55,958 nucleotides of DNA, from positions 1 through 55,958 of the forward strand of contig CAXXSM010000103.1 of assembly GCA_963663405.2 (NCBI GenBank). Reading direction: 5' to 3'. Position 1 is the stretch's first letter. Each line of letters starts with the position of its first letter. Position numbers and translations under genes: made by a program. The DNA comes from a bacterium. Its GTDB lineage: Bacteria; Hinthialibacterota; Hinthialibacteria; Hinthialibacterales; Hinthialibacteraceae. Below are positions 9,652 through 21,416 of this stretch, in pieces. The notes under the pieces are model-generated. The model had not been told where the DNA came from and made no database searches. It saw nothing but the letters and a program-made list of their open reading frames with translations.

Positions 9652-12600
9652 GTATCTCCTTATCCCTTTGTAAGGAGCGGATTGAAACTGCGCGGGTGTG
9701 AACAGCAAGCTGGAATGAAACGTATCTCCTTATCCCTTTGTAAGGAGCGGATTGAAACACTTATTTAACAGATAAAACCGGATAAACAGAAAGTATCTCC
9801 TTATCCCTTTGTAAGGAGCGGATTGAAACTTGTGATGAGTGGGTAGATATATCTGAAGTGGAGTATCTCCTTATCCCTTTGTAAGGAGCGGATTGAAACA
9901 AGCAAATTTGATTTTCTAGCCATTCTACTCCAGTATCTCCTTATCCCTTTGTAAGGAGCGGATTGAAACCGTAATGAAGCCGGATGGGAAATGGAAAGTT
10001 AGTGTATCTCCTTATCCCTTTGTAAGGAGCGGATTGAAACCATCCGGCTGCCAAACCACCATATCCCCGTCATGTATCTCCTTATCCCTTTGTAAGGAGC
10101 GGATTGAAACCTTTCGAATAGGCGGCGTAGTCGTAAGAACTTAAGTATCTCCTTATCCCTTTGTAAGGAGCGGATTGAAACTCTCTGCCCAACTCGTCTC
10201 CTCGGACATTACCAAAGTATCTCCTTATCCCTTTGTAAGGAGCGGATTGAAACAGCACTGTTCGGGGATAATGCCGCCAAGATTAAGTATCTCCTTATCC
10301 CTTTGTAAGGAGCGGATTGAAACTGCTCCGGCTGTAGTATCCCAAGCGTATCCTTTGTATCTCCTTATCCCTTTGTAAGGAGCGGATTGAAACTTTTTGC
10401 AGCTCATTCTGATTACGGAACTTTTTCGTATCTCCTTATCCCTTTGTAAGGAGCGGATTGAAACACCGATTTAACAAGACGCATGGACGCCTGGAGAGTA
10501 TCTCCTTATCCCTTTGTAAGGAGCGGATTGAAACTCCGTTAATCCAGTCTTCTGTGTATGGGGATTCGGTATCTCCTTATCCCTTTGTAAGGAGCGGATT
10601 GAAACTAAAATTATTGATACATGGGCACAGAACCTGGATGTATCTCCTTATCCCTTTGTAAGGAGCGGATTGAAACGCATACATTCGAATTCCAACCCCC
10701 AGAACCGGATGTATCTCCTTATCCCTTTGTAAGGAGCGGATTGAAACATTGGGATGGATAATTGTTGGGATTTCATGAAAAGTATCTCCTTATCCCTTTG
10801 TAAGGAGCGGATTGAAACCGATATTAACGGGAACGCTGTAGGGAAATATAAAGTATCTCCTTATCCCTTTGTAAGGAGCGGATTGAAACCCAATTTATCC
10901 AGTTCTCTCGAACGATCCAATTCGTATCTCCTTATCCCTTTGTAAGGAGCGGATTGAAACAGCGGATCAACCGGCACAACGAACACATTCATGAAGTATC
11001 TCCTTATCCCTTTGTAAGGAGCGGATTGAAACATATTCTCCGCCGATATTCCAAAACCGGTCATTGTATCTCCTTATCCCTTTGTAAGGAGCGGATTGAA
11101 ACTTGGAAACAACGCTCCAATATAAATGGATGCGAAGTATCTCCTTATCCCTTTGTAAGGAGCGGATTGAAACCTTTACGGAATCCCGGTATTCACGGGT
11201 GGAAAAGTATCTCCTTATCCCTTTGTAAGGAGCGGATTGAAACTACTCGATCGGTTGGATGATCTGGAAGCGCGTGTGTATCTCCTTATCCCTTTGTAAG
11301 GAGCGGATTGAAACTTTTATTGCAAGCTTCTAGAGCTTGTTTAGGCGGTATCTCCTTATCCCTTTGTAAGGAGCGGATTGAAACATAACAACGCCGCCAC
11401 CATGACCATACACGCCTGGGTATCTCCTTATCCCTTTGTAAGGAGCGGATTGAAACATCCAGGGCAACACATTCTATGATCCGGACGATAAGTATCTCCT
11501 TATCCCTTTGTAAGGAGCGGATTGAAACATAATAACGCCTCCACCATGACCATACACACCTGGTATCTCCTTATCCCTTTGTAAGGAGCGGATTGAAACC
11601 AAGCGAATATGCTATATTTCGAAGAATACGGGGTATCTCCTTATCCCTTTGTAAGGAGCGGATTGAAACATGATATTTCCCCTTTTTTTTGATTCTAGCT
11701 TAAGTATCTCCTTATCCCTTTGTAAGGAGCGGATTGAAACTCCGAATAACCAAGACCATCCCCATAATCGATTCGTATCTCCTTATCCCTTTGTAAGGAG
11801 CGGATTGAAACGAATTAACCGCCATCCCGTATTCAGAGGTTAGCGCGTATCTCCTTATCCCTTTGTAAGGAGCGGATTGAAACAGGAATTTTAACCAAGT
11901 CCAGTACTGATGTGAAGTATCTCCTTATCCCTTTGTAAGGAGCGGATTGAAACTGTTCCAGCAAGAACATAAATCATATGGCCTGCGGTATCTCCTTATC
12001 CCTTTGTAAGGAGCGGATTGAAACAGGCGATCCCGAATTAATGCAGACGGAATTTGAGTATCTCCTTATCCCTTTGTAAGGAGCGGATTGAAACGTCGAT
12101 ATATAGAACGGCCCGTCATAGTCCGCGCCGGTATCTCCTTATCCCTTTGTAAGGAGCGGATTGAAACTAACGAGCGCTTATCCTTTGTCAAAAACATTTA
12201 CGTATCTCCTTATCCCTTTGTAAGGAGCGGATTGAAACTCATGCGCACTGGGACTCCTCGAATTTAAGGGAGTATCTCCTTATCCCTTTGTAAGGAGCGG
12301 ATTGAAACTTTGAGCCGCTTCGTTTTCTTTTTTAGATTGCGGGTATCTCCTTATCCCTTTGTAAGGAGCGGATTGAAACATCAATATTGTGCACGGGCTT
12401 CATACTTACAATGTATCTCCTTATCCCTTTGTAAGGAGCGGATTGAAACTATGCGTGACCATGCGCTACGGCTTCAAGCGAGATTGTATCTCCTTATCCC
12501 TTTGTAAGGAGCGGATTGAAACTCGATAAACGCCTCGTATTTGCTTGGATCAAATGGTATCTCCTTATCCCTTTGTAAGGAGCGGATTGAAACCGAGGTC

Positions 12601-13014
12601 CATACCCACGTGATTTTTTGGACAGAGTATCTCCTTATCCCTTTGTAAGGAGCGGATTGAAACACATATACGTGACGGTGGTGGATCGTCACTTGAGTAT
12701 CTCCTTATCCCTTTGTAAGGAGCGGATTGAAACTGAAATCTGCCCGATTCGTCAAGCGATCTTTGGTATCTCCTTATCCCTTTGTAAGGAGCGGATTGAA
12801 ACCTATAAAATCGAATTTAAGCAACGAATATTTTTCGTATCTCCTTATCCCTTTGTAAGGAGCGGATTGAAACTTGGGCGCTGGATGGAAGCAATCATCA
12901 ACTTATGTATCTCCTTATCCCTTTGTAAGGAGCGGATTGAAACATCCACGCCCCGCCTGCATCAATACAAACAGATAGTATCTCCTTATCCCTTTGTAAG
13001 GAGCGGATTGAAAC
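9652..13014 (+). CRISPR. CRISPR array segment 1 (48 repeats), repeat GTATCTCCTTATCCCTTTGTAAGGAGCGGATTGAAAC (37 bp)
   Basis: Invariant repeat with a CTCCTTA/TAAGGAG stem and a 3' ATTGAAAC; spacers are about 32-36 bp. Confidence 0.98.
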
Positions 13015-13022
13015 TGTTCAAG

Positions 13023-14548
13023 TGAGGTGTACCCCATTGTCAAGACAGGAATCAAGGAAATTTAAAGTAGGTTTTCAACCTCGATTTCGTTCAACTCAAG
13101 TCTCCTTATTTGGGATCCGGAAATCATGATGATTCCAGATTCTCATAAAACTTTCCGATATTATACACTACCAGGAGAAACGGAGATCGGTTCTGCTGTA
13201 GAGCAACCGGTCAAGGGATATCCTGGTGCGTGTGCGACGGATTGCCGTCAGGGAGACGTATCAGATCATCCCCTTTTTTCGATCATTTCAAGATAATCCA
13301 GAGCATTTGCCAATGCCTTAAAAAACTCAAACGCAAAGTTCTTGGACCGTCAAGTTTTCTAGTGTTCTCTATAAACCTGAAGCGGCGTCTTATATCCCAA
13401 GGCTTGGTGTAGACGCTCATTATTGTAGAACTGAAAATAATCCGTTAGTCCGCGCACACAATCATTCACCGTTTCGTAACTTTTGATATAGACCTCCTCA
13501 TATTTCACTGACCGCCATAACCGTTCGACGAAAATATTATCGAACACTCGGCCTCTTCCATCCATGCTGATGAGAGTCCTCTCTTTCTTCAAGCGACTCG
13601 TAAAATCCGTGCTTGTGAATTGAGAGCCTTGGTCACTGTTGAAGATCGTTGGCTTATCAATTTCAAAAGCCATCTCCAACGCTTCGAGGCAAAAGTCAAC
13701 CTCCATCGAAGTGGAGACTTTCCATGACACCACATAACGACTAAACCAGTCTAAGATCGCCACCAGGTAAACAAATCCTTGGCGCATACGTATATAGGTG
13801 ATATCGGTGCTCCACACGTGATTGGGTCTTTCGATTTTCACTCCCTTCAACAGGTATGGATATTTCTTATGCTGAACATTTCCGAGGCTCAAACGAGGCT
13901 TCGGGTAGATCGTCTCCAAGCCCATCACTCGCATTAAACGACCGATTCGTTTCTTATTCACAACCCGTCCTAGAGTTCTCAACCATTTCTGCATTTTCCG
14001 AATTCCGTAAAACGGTGTCCGGGTATATTGTTCATCAAGCAGGTTCATCAGCGCTACATTTTCGGCTGATTCGCCCACGGGTTGATAATAAAATCCTGAA
14101 CGAGACAACCCCAGCAATTCACATTGCCTCTTTATTGAAATCTCAGAATTAGTTAGTTCGATCCAACTTCGTCTTTTCTTAACTGAGCACGTTAGACTTT
14201 TTTTTTACCCAATCAAGTTCGATTTTCATTTGCCCAATCTGGCGGTAAAGTTCCGACGTCAGTTCTTCGGCTTCCGCTTGACTCTTTTCTTGCTTGCGTG
14301 AAAACAAGCCTGGGATTTCTTCCAACAGGCGCTTTTTCCACTGTCGAATCTGGCTCACATGAATTTTGTAATCGCTCGCTATCTGGGTTAAGGTCTTCTC
14401 TCCTTTGATTGCCTCCAGTGCCACTTTGCCTTTGAACGCTCCATCAAAATTTTTTCGCATTTTCATCATTTGGTTCACCTCTTCTACCTATTGTCGGCTT
14501 CGAGGTAACCTACCTTAGATGGCTGTCCGAATTTTGGGGTACAGTATA
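13023..14548 (-). mobile_element. IS3-family element (copy 1), inserted in spacer 48
   Basis: Ends TGAGGTGTACCCC.../...GGGGTACAGTATA with a 3-bp TSD (AAG). Near-identical to 29968-31493. Removing it restores a 33-bp spacer. Confidence 0.95.
13359..14478 (-). CDS. IS3 transposase OrfA (14179-14478, HTH) + OrfB (13359-~14190, DDE), joined at an A9 run
   Basis: OrfA FKGKVALEAI...QWKK; OrfB WSTDITY, FNSDQGSQFTS and DNIFVERLWRSVKYE. Confidence 0.93.
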
Positions 14549-14576
14549 AAGCGATGCGCAAACGTCTTCATGATTG

Positions 14577-16308
14577 GTATCTCCTTATCCCTTTGTAAGG
14601 AGCGGATTGAAACCGATTCCTAGGATTTTTTTCATCCACCTGCCAATGTATCTCCTTATCCCTTTGTAAGGAGCGGATTGAAACTAGCGTAAACGGCTCC
14701 CTGGCTGACACCGAGATAGTATCTCCTTATCCCTTTGTAAGGAGCGGATTGAAACATATCTAACGTTTTTACGTTCAAACGATAATAACGTATCTCCTTA
14801 TCCCTTTGTAAGGAGCGGATTGAAACTCAGTATCAAAAAACAGTAGATTCACGTTTAGTGTATCTCCTTATCCCTTTGTAAGGAGCGGATTGAAACTTGC
14901 ATACCGCGTTCAAGAACAGCGGTTTTGTACGTATCTCCTTATCCCTTTGTAAGGAGCGGATTGAAACGCATCACAGTGGAACAATTACGAAGGTGGTTTA
15001 GTATCTCCTTATCCCTTTGTAAGGAGCGGATTGAAACACTCCAAGTAACTTTATAGTCTAGAGGTTGATAGTATCTCCTTATCCCTTTGTAAGGAGCGGA
15101 TTGAAACATATTTTTTCGATCATAATTACCTCCTCTTAAAAGTATCTCCTTATCCCTTTGTAAGGAGCGGATTGAAACTGTCGGCCTTGCGTTTTGCTGG
15201 TTTCGGCTTTGGGTATCTCCTTATCCCTTTGTAAGGAGCGGATTGAAACTTATAACGGTATCGGTGACGGCGCATTGCAAGAGTATCTCCTTATCCCTTT
15301 GTAAGGAGCGGATTGAAACGGATTACAAAGGTGGCCGACAGCCAGATGTAGCGTATCTCCTTATCCCTTTGTAAGGAGCGGATTGAAACAAGCATATTTA
15401 GTAAAAAAGATGAATTATTTTCGTATCTCCTTATCCCTTTGTAAGGAGCGGATTGAAACCGATAAATGGATCTCCGAATTGAATGAGCAAATCGTATCTC
15501 CTTATCCCTTTGTAAGGAGCGGATTGAAACGCAAATTGACTCCCGATCAGTCCCCGCCGTCGTAGTATCTCCTTATCCCTTTGTAAGGAGCGGATTGAAA
15601 CTGATAATATCGGGGGGATGAATATCGCCTATGTAGTATCTCCTTATCCCTTTGTAAGGAGCGGATTGAAACCATAGCCATCGTTCAGCGCTTGTTGAAC
15701 GATTGTTAGTATCTCCTTATCCCTTTGTAAGGAGCGGATTGAAACGAATTTCAATATTAATTCCGTTAATCTCTTCAGTATCTCCTTATCCCTTTGTAAG
15801 GAGCGGATTGAAACAATGATCGCCATACTTTTTTATCCACATCGAAAGTATCTCCTTATCCCTTTGTAAGGAGCGGATTGAAACGGATGTCAGTCGCACG
15901 TGGTTAGTATCGGAAAAGTATCTCCTTATCCCTTTGTAAGGAGCGGATTGAAACTGCTGCACGGAGTGCAACAAGCAAAAAGGAACAAAGTATCTCCTTA
16001 TCCCTTTGTAAGGAGCGGATTGAAACCTCCAATCCATGATCGGATAGCCACTGACTGGGGGTATCTCCTTATCCCTTTGTAAGGAGCGGATTGAAACAAT
16101 CTCCGGCTGTGGTGGATCGCATTGCGGCAACGTATCTCCTTATCCCTTTGTAAGGAGCGGATTGAAACTTTTCCATCGCAGACAATGCGCATTTTCGTAT
16201 TAGTATCTCCTTATCCCTTTGTAAGGAGCGGATTGAAACCTAACGGCGCACGAGGACATTTTTAATGGCAGGTATCTCCTTATCCCTTTGTAAGGAGCGG
16301 ATTGAAAC
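14577..16308 (+). CRISPR. CRISPR array segment 2 (25 repeats)
   Basis: Same 37-bp repeat. Confidence 0.98.
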
Positions 16309-16330
16309 ATCTTAAGTGGCAAATTAATAA

Positions 16331-17720
16331 GGTTCCTCAGAGAAATCAGTGGGTAAACAAGAGGGAATGCTGAAGAAGGAGAGATAGAAAAGGACATCCG
16401 GTAACGTATCCTAAGAAGATGGAGTCGACGAAGACAAACCATCAATCAGGAGGCCACCGGATGCAAGTAAAGACTATCCTCAATCGCGTTCATAAAATCA
16501 AGGGATTTGTGTACGATTCGGTCTATTTTAGCGAATGGAACAAGAAAACCGTGTTGGAGGTTGAAATCCGCCCCCGGAAGGGAAATCGTCCAATCTGTTC
16601 CGGCTGTGGAAAGAAAAGACCCGGATACGACAAGCGTGACAAGCGTCGTTTTGAAATGGTCCCGCTGTGGGGAATCGCGTTTTTTTTAATCTACACAATG
16701 CGGCGTGTCGAGTGTCCAGACTGCGGGGTAAAAATTGAGCAAGTTCCCTGGGCCGAAGGAAAGCACGAATTAACGAGCGCGTATCAGTGGTTTCTGGCGG
16801 GTTGGGCGAAGCGGTTAAATTGGACGCAAGTGGCGGAGGCGTTTCAAACGAGTTGGCACAAAGTATTTTGCTCGGTGGAGAGGGCCGTCAATTGGGGACG
16901 GGAGCATAGGAACCTGGAAGGAATCACCGCCATCGGAGTGGACGAAATGCAATGGGGAAGCGGGCACAATTACGTGACTGCGGTGTATCAAATCAATGAG
17001 GGATGTAGGCGGTTACTTTGGATTGGGGAAAAGAGAACGGCCAAGACGTTTTTGAGATTTTTCCGCTGGTTGGGTGAGGAGCGGAGCGCGAAGTTGGAAT
17101 TCATTTGCAGCGATATGTGGAAAGCGTATCTCAAAGTCGTGGCGAAGAAAGCGAAAGGGGCCATCCATATTTTGGATCGTTTTCACATCGTGGCCCATAT
17201 GAATAAAGCCATCGATGAGGTGCGGGCTGGGGAAGCCCGTGAATTGAAAGCCAAGGGATTGGAGCCGGTCTTGAAAGGAAGCCGTTGGTGGTTTCTCAAA
17301 CGTTCGGTGAATCTAACCGAGAAGCAGGTGGAAAAACTTGCCAATGTGGTTCGGTATAACCTTCGGACCGTGCGTAGTTATCTTTTAAAAGAAGAGTTCC
17401 ACTTTTTCTGGGACTATAAGTCGGCATCGTGGGCGGGCCGTTTTTTGGATCAATGGTGTACCAAGACCATGCGATCCCGGATCGAGCCAATGAAAAAGGT
17501 TGCGAAGATGCTTCGGCGTCATCGGGAACTGATTTTGAACTGGTTTCGGGCGAAAAAAGAGTTTTCTTCTGGTGTCGTGGAAGGATTAAATAACAAAGCG
17601 AAAGTGACTACCAAAATGGCGTACGGCTTTCGAACATTTCGAACGCTGGAAATCGCCTTGTATCATACCCTTGGTAAACTTCCTCAACCGGAATTTACCC
17701 ATAGATTTTTTTGACGAGGC
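16331..17720 (+). mobile_element. ISL3-family element (compact form), inserted in spacer 73
   Basis: IRs GGTTCCTCAGAGAAATCAGTGGGTAAA and (rc) GCCTCGTCAAAAAAATCTATGGGTAAA; 8-bp TSD ATTAATAA. Removing it restores a 35-bp spacer. Confidence 0.95.
16461..17714 (+). CDS. ISL3-family transposase
   Basis: CxxC...CxxC zinc finger, IGVDE, CSDMW, DRFH and EGLNNKAK...YGFR motifs; AGGAGG RBS before the ATG at 16461. Confidence 0.94.
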   Translation: MQVKTILNRVHKIKGFVYDSVYFSEWNKKTVLEVEIRPRKGNRPICSGCGKKRPGYDKRDKRRFEMVPLWGIAFFLIYTMRRVECPDCGVKIEQVPWAEGKHELTSAYQWFLAGWAKRLNWTQVAEAFQTSWHKVFCSVERAVNWGREHRNLEGITAIGVDEMQWGSGHNYVTAVYQINEGCRRLLWIGEKRTAKTFLRFFRWLGEERSAKLEFICSDMWKAYLKVVAKKAKGAIHILDRFHIVAHMNKAIDEVRAGEARELKAKGLEPVLKGSRWWFLKRSVNLTEKQVEKLANVVRYNLRTVRSYLLKEEFHFFWDYKSASWAGRFLDQWCTKTMRSRIEPMKKVAKMLRRHRELILNWFRAKKEFSSGVVEGLNNKAKVTTKMAYGFRTFRTLEIALYHTLGKLPQPEFTHRFF

Positions 17721-17741
17721 ATTAATAAAGATCGCGTGCCG

Positions 17742-19120
17742 GTATCTCCTTATCCCTTTGTAAGGAGCGGATTGAAACATTTTTCCACATTCAGCGCATT
17801 CCATCATATCGACGTATCTCCTTATCCCTTTGTAAGGAGCGGATTGAAACTTTAAGATTCGCACCTCCAAGACTCGCTCCTTGTATCTCCTTATCCCTTT
17901 GTAAGGAGCGGATTGAAACCGGGTGGCTGGAACTCGAACGTATGAGATAGACAGTATCTCCTTATCCCTTTGTAAGGAGCGGATTGAAACTATAGCAACG
18001 TTTCTACAAAGCAAAATACTTTTAGTATCTCCTTATCCCTTTGTAAGGAGCGGATTGAAACTTCTCGTACATTTTTTTCACTTCTTCGTATGTAGTATCT
18101 CCTTATCCCTTTGTAAGGAGCGGATTGAAACAGGGCGGTATGACGTTTTTGATTTAGACGCAGATCGTATCTCCTTATCCCTTTGTAAGGAGCGGATTGA
18201 AACTAGGAGGGAAATATCATGAAAAAAACCTATGAAGGTATCTCCTTATCCCTTTGTAAGGAGCGGATTGAAACAGTACATTCGGTAAATCCGCAACACT
18301 CGGAAGGGTATCTCCTTATCCCTTTGTAAGGAGCGGATTGAAACATTCACGTTTAATACGCCTCCTCAAAAGATTTAAGTATCTCCTTATCCCTTTGTAA
18401 GGAGCGGATTGAAACAGGGCGTCAGCAATTGTGGGAGGCCGGAAAGATGTATCTCCTTATCCCTTTGTAAGGAGCGGATTGAAACTTCAAAAACCTCGTA
18501 CAATAAGTTGAAATCTTTGTATCTCCTTATCCCTTTGTAAGGAGCGGATTGAAACCGATATGCGGCGCTTATAGGAGATAAAATATTGTGTATCTCCTTA
18601 TCCCTTTGTAAGGAGCGGATTGAAACCATTAGGCAATGGAAATTCCACAAAAGAGTTTTGGTATCTCCTTATCCCTTTGTAAGGAGCGGATTGAAACTAG
18701 GAATTCGTCGAGTTCGTCGATGTTCATCCCGTATCTCCTTATCCCTTTGTAAGGAGCGGATTGAAACAACATCTTGGAATCGGACTATTTCTCTAAATGG
18801 GTATCTCCTTATCCCTTTGTAAGGAGCGGATTGAAACGAGCGTTAATGACATTCGTGATCGAGAGAATATGGTATCTCCTTATCCCTTTGTAAGGAGCGG
18901 ATTGAAACCCTGAATTAGTTTGAACAGTTCGTCCATTGTGTGTATCTCCTTATCCCTTTGTAAGGAGCGGATTGAAACGCGAGAACAGCCTAATACAGGC
19001 ATGTCGGCTTTTGTATCTCCTTATCCCTTTGTAAGGAGCGGATTGAAACACAAGCAACGGCAGCGCCGGGCGCGTCGCATGGAGTATCTCCTTATCCCTT
19101 TGTAAGGAGCGGATTGAAAC
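17742..19120 (+). CRISPR. CRISPR array segment 3 (20 repeats)
   Basis: Same 37-bp repeat. Confidence 0.98.
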
Positions 19121-19276
19121 TTTAATTGGACGAAGCGGCTCCGCCGCAGAATGTCGTATGCCAGATTATCTAGTTGAACAATCCCCTTGCGAAATCTCCT
19201 GAGTTGTCATGTATTTCTTCTGAGAAGGCAGTGGCTGTAAGACTGCCAAACATCCCATTTTTTCAGGAGAAATATC

Positions 19277-20124
19277 ATGAGCAAATTGAGAGAACGTATG
19301 ATCGAAGACATGAAGTTAGCCGGTCTGAGCGAAGGCACGCAAAAAGAATACGTCCGAGCCGCCGCCTCATTCGCCCAAGAATTTGATTGCTCGCCAGAAT
19401 GCATTAGCGAGGAACTCGTCCGGGTCTATTTACTGAATTTGCGAGACGTGAAGAAAGTCGCTCTCGGAACGTTTCAGGTCCACTACAGCGCGCTGAAATT
19501 TCTTTATCAAACCACGCTGGATCTGGGGTGGCCGTTGTTTGCAAAAAAAAGATTCGTAAGCCTCGCCAAAAGCGCCTGCCGCATTCATTAACCCATTCCC
19601 AAGTTCGCGCCCTCCTGGCCGCCGTCAGGAAAACGCCCTACCGGTTGGCTCTAACGTTGATGTATGCGTGCGGCCTTCGGACCAGTGAAGTCATCTCTCT
19701 TCCGGTGCGGCAGATCGATTCCAACCAAATGAGTTTACGGATTATTGGGAAGGGCGATAAAGAGCGAATCGTTCCTCTCCCGGACACCTTGTTGGAGCCG
19801 ATGCGTGAACTCTGGTTGATGCATCGCCATCCCACCTGGCTATTCCCCAACCAACAAGGCTCCAACCACATTCCCTCATCGACACTCGGCAAAGCGTTTC
19901 GCTTGGCCTGTAACGCTACCGGGCTGACAGACGATGTGAAGCCGCATTCGATGCGTCATTCGTTTGCCAGCAGATTGCTGGAGAACGGCGAAAGCCTGCG
20001 CGTTGTCCAGATTCTTCTCGGCCATTCCAGTATTCGTTCGACACAGATCTACACTCATTTGACTGAGCCGCTTCGCCACGAGGCTCAGGATCGGATCAAC
20101 GCCGTGTTCGCCGATCTGATGTGA
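19277..20124 (+). CDS. Tyrosine recombinase (SAM-like N-terminal ORF 19277-19591 + catalytic ORF to 20124), -1 frameshift at A8 19543-19550
   Basis: LRERMIEDM.L.G.S..TQ..Y N-terminal domain; catalytic motifs YACGLR, GKGDKER, HSMRHSFA and LLGHSSIRSTQIY. Confidence 0.9.
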
Positions 20125-20133
20125 GGAGGAATC

Positions 20134-21300
20134 ATGAATTGCACTTCATCGAACCTCGAACTCGGCGATGTGGTTCGCCGGTTTGGCCCGGCCTATATCC
20201 GGCAGCAAGGGAAGCGCCTTTTGCCCTCCCAGCGTAAAGCGCTGCACGATATCATGGCCTGTCATACGGCGGAACTGGGAGGGCATCGTTATCACTGTCA
20301 GGACTGCGGCGAAGACTTCTGGGTGTATCACGGGTGTGGCAATCGATCCTGTCCGTCCTGTCATTCCCAGGCGATGCGGCAATGGATCGAGAAGCGGGAA
20401 GACCAGATGCTTGGCTGCCGTTACTTTCATGTAATCGTAACAGTTCCGCAGTCTATCCGGGCGGCTTTCTTGGCTCATCAAAAGATTCTCTATGGGTTGC
20501 TGATGACGACGGCTGCTTCCTGTATCATGGATCTGATGCGCAATCCCCAAGTCGTTGGCGGGACCCCGGCGATCCTGGCCGTGCTGCACACTTGGCGGGG
20601 AGATCTGGAATTGCATCCACATGTCCATCTGTTGGTCAGCGCCGGCGCCGTGAGTGAGGACGGCCACTCTTGGATGGAACTCCGCCACCCGAAATGGCTT
20701 CTCCATGTGGGAACGCTCAGCTTACTCGTTCGCCGGCGCTTTAAAGAACGGCTCGAAAAAGCGGCGCCGGAGATCTTCCAAGGCATCGAGACCAAGGTCT
20801 GGAATAGAGGCTGGAACTCGTTCTGCAAACCGTATGGCAAAGGCGTGAAAGCCATCTTGAATTACCTGGGGCGCTATGTCTATCGCATCGCGATCTCCAA
20901 CCACCGGCTTCTGGCAATGGACGCTACCCACGTGACGTTCCGCTACAAGACCTTCAAAGAGAAGCATTGGCGAACTCTCCGCTTGCCGGGCGAAGAATTT
21001 CTGCGGCGCTTCGTGATGCATGTGCTCCCCCGCGGCTTCCATAAAGTCCGCTACTATGGGCTGTGGCATCACTGTCATCGGGACACACGCAATCGAATCC
21101 GTTTGCTCCTCGCCCCCAAGGCGGAGAGCGTTTCTATTCCCGAATCGGTTGAGAATTCCATCGTTTCAAAAGAGACCAACGACAAAGCAGTATTCGATCG
21201 GACCGGCCAAGAATCGGCGCCGGAATGGCCTAAATGTCCGCGTTGCAAAAGCTGTAACGTGATTGTCATTGAAACCCTCAATCGGAATCGAAGCCCCTGA
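20134..21300 (+). CDS. IS91-like rolling-circle (HUH/Y2) transposase with N-terminal Zn-binding domain
   Basis: CQDC...CGNRSCPSC, LHTW...HPHVH (HUH), YLGRY (Y2) and FLRRFVMHVLPRGFHKVRYYG motifs. Confidence 0.93.
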   Translation: MNCTSSNLELGDVVRRFGPAYIRQQGKRLLPSQRKALHDIMACHTAELGGHRYHCQDCGEDFWVYHGCGNRSCPSCHSQAMRQWIEKREDQMLGCRYFHVIVTVPQSIRAAFLAHQKILYGLLMTTAASCIMDLMRNPQVVGGTPAILAVLHTWRGDLELHPHVHLLVSAGAVSEDGHSWMELRHPKWLLHVGTLSLLVRRRFKERLEKAAPEIFQGIETKVWNRGWNSFCKPYGKGVKAILNYLGRYVYRIAISNHRLLAMDATHVTFRYKTFKEKHWRTLRLPGEEFLRRFVMHVLPRGFHKVRYYGLWHHCHRDTRNRIRLLLAPKAESVSIPESVENSIVSKETNDKAVFDRTGQESAPEWPKCPRCKSCNVIVIETLNRNRSP

Positions 21301-21416
21301 TCGATTCCGATTGTAAGCATCGCGATGGTAATATAAAGAAATTATAACTTTACGCGGGAAGATTTTTTACTTTTCTTGCCGTGAGGGGATTTCTATAGCT
21401 TCAAGAGGATTTTCTC

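Noticed and set aside
16240-16330. Similarity between adjacent spacers 72 and 73 (ATTTTTAATGGCA vs ATCTTAAGTGGCA), and between spacers 5 and 6 (AGCCGGATG)
   Set aside because: The matches are too short and imperfect to infer shared protospacers.
10175-19105. Many short ORFs with recurring VSPYPFVRSGLK / ISLSLCKERIET / FQSAPYKGIRRY peptides
   Set aside because: These are translations of the CRISPR repeat, not genes.
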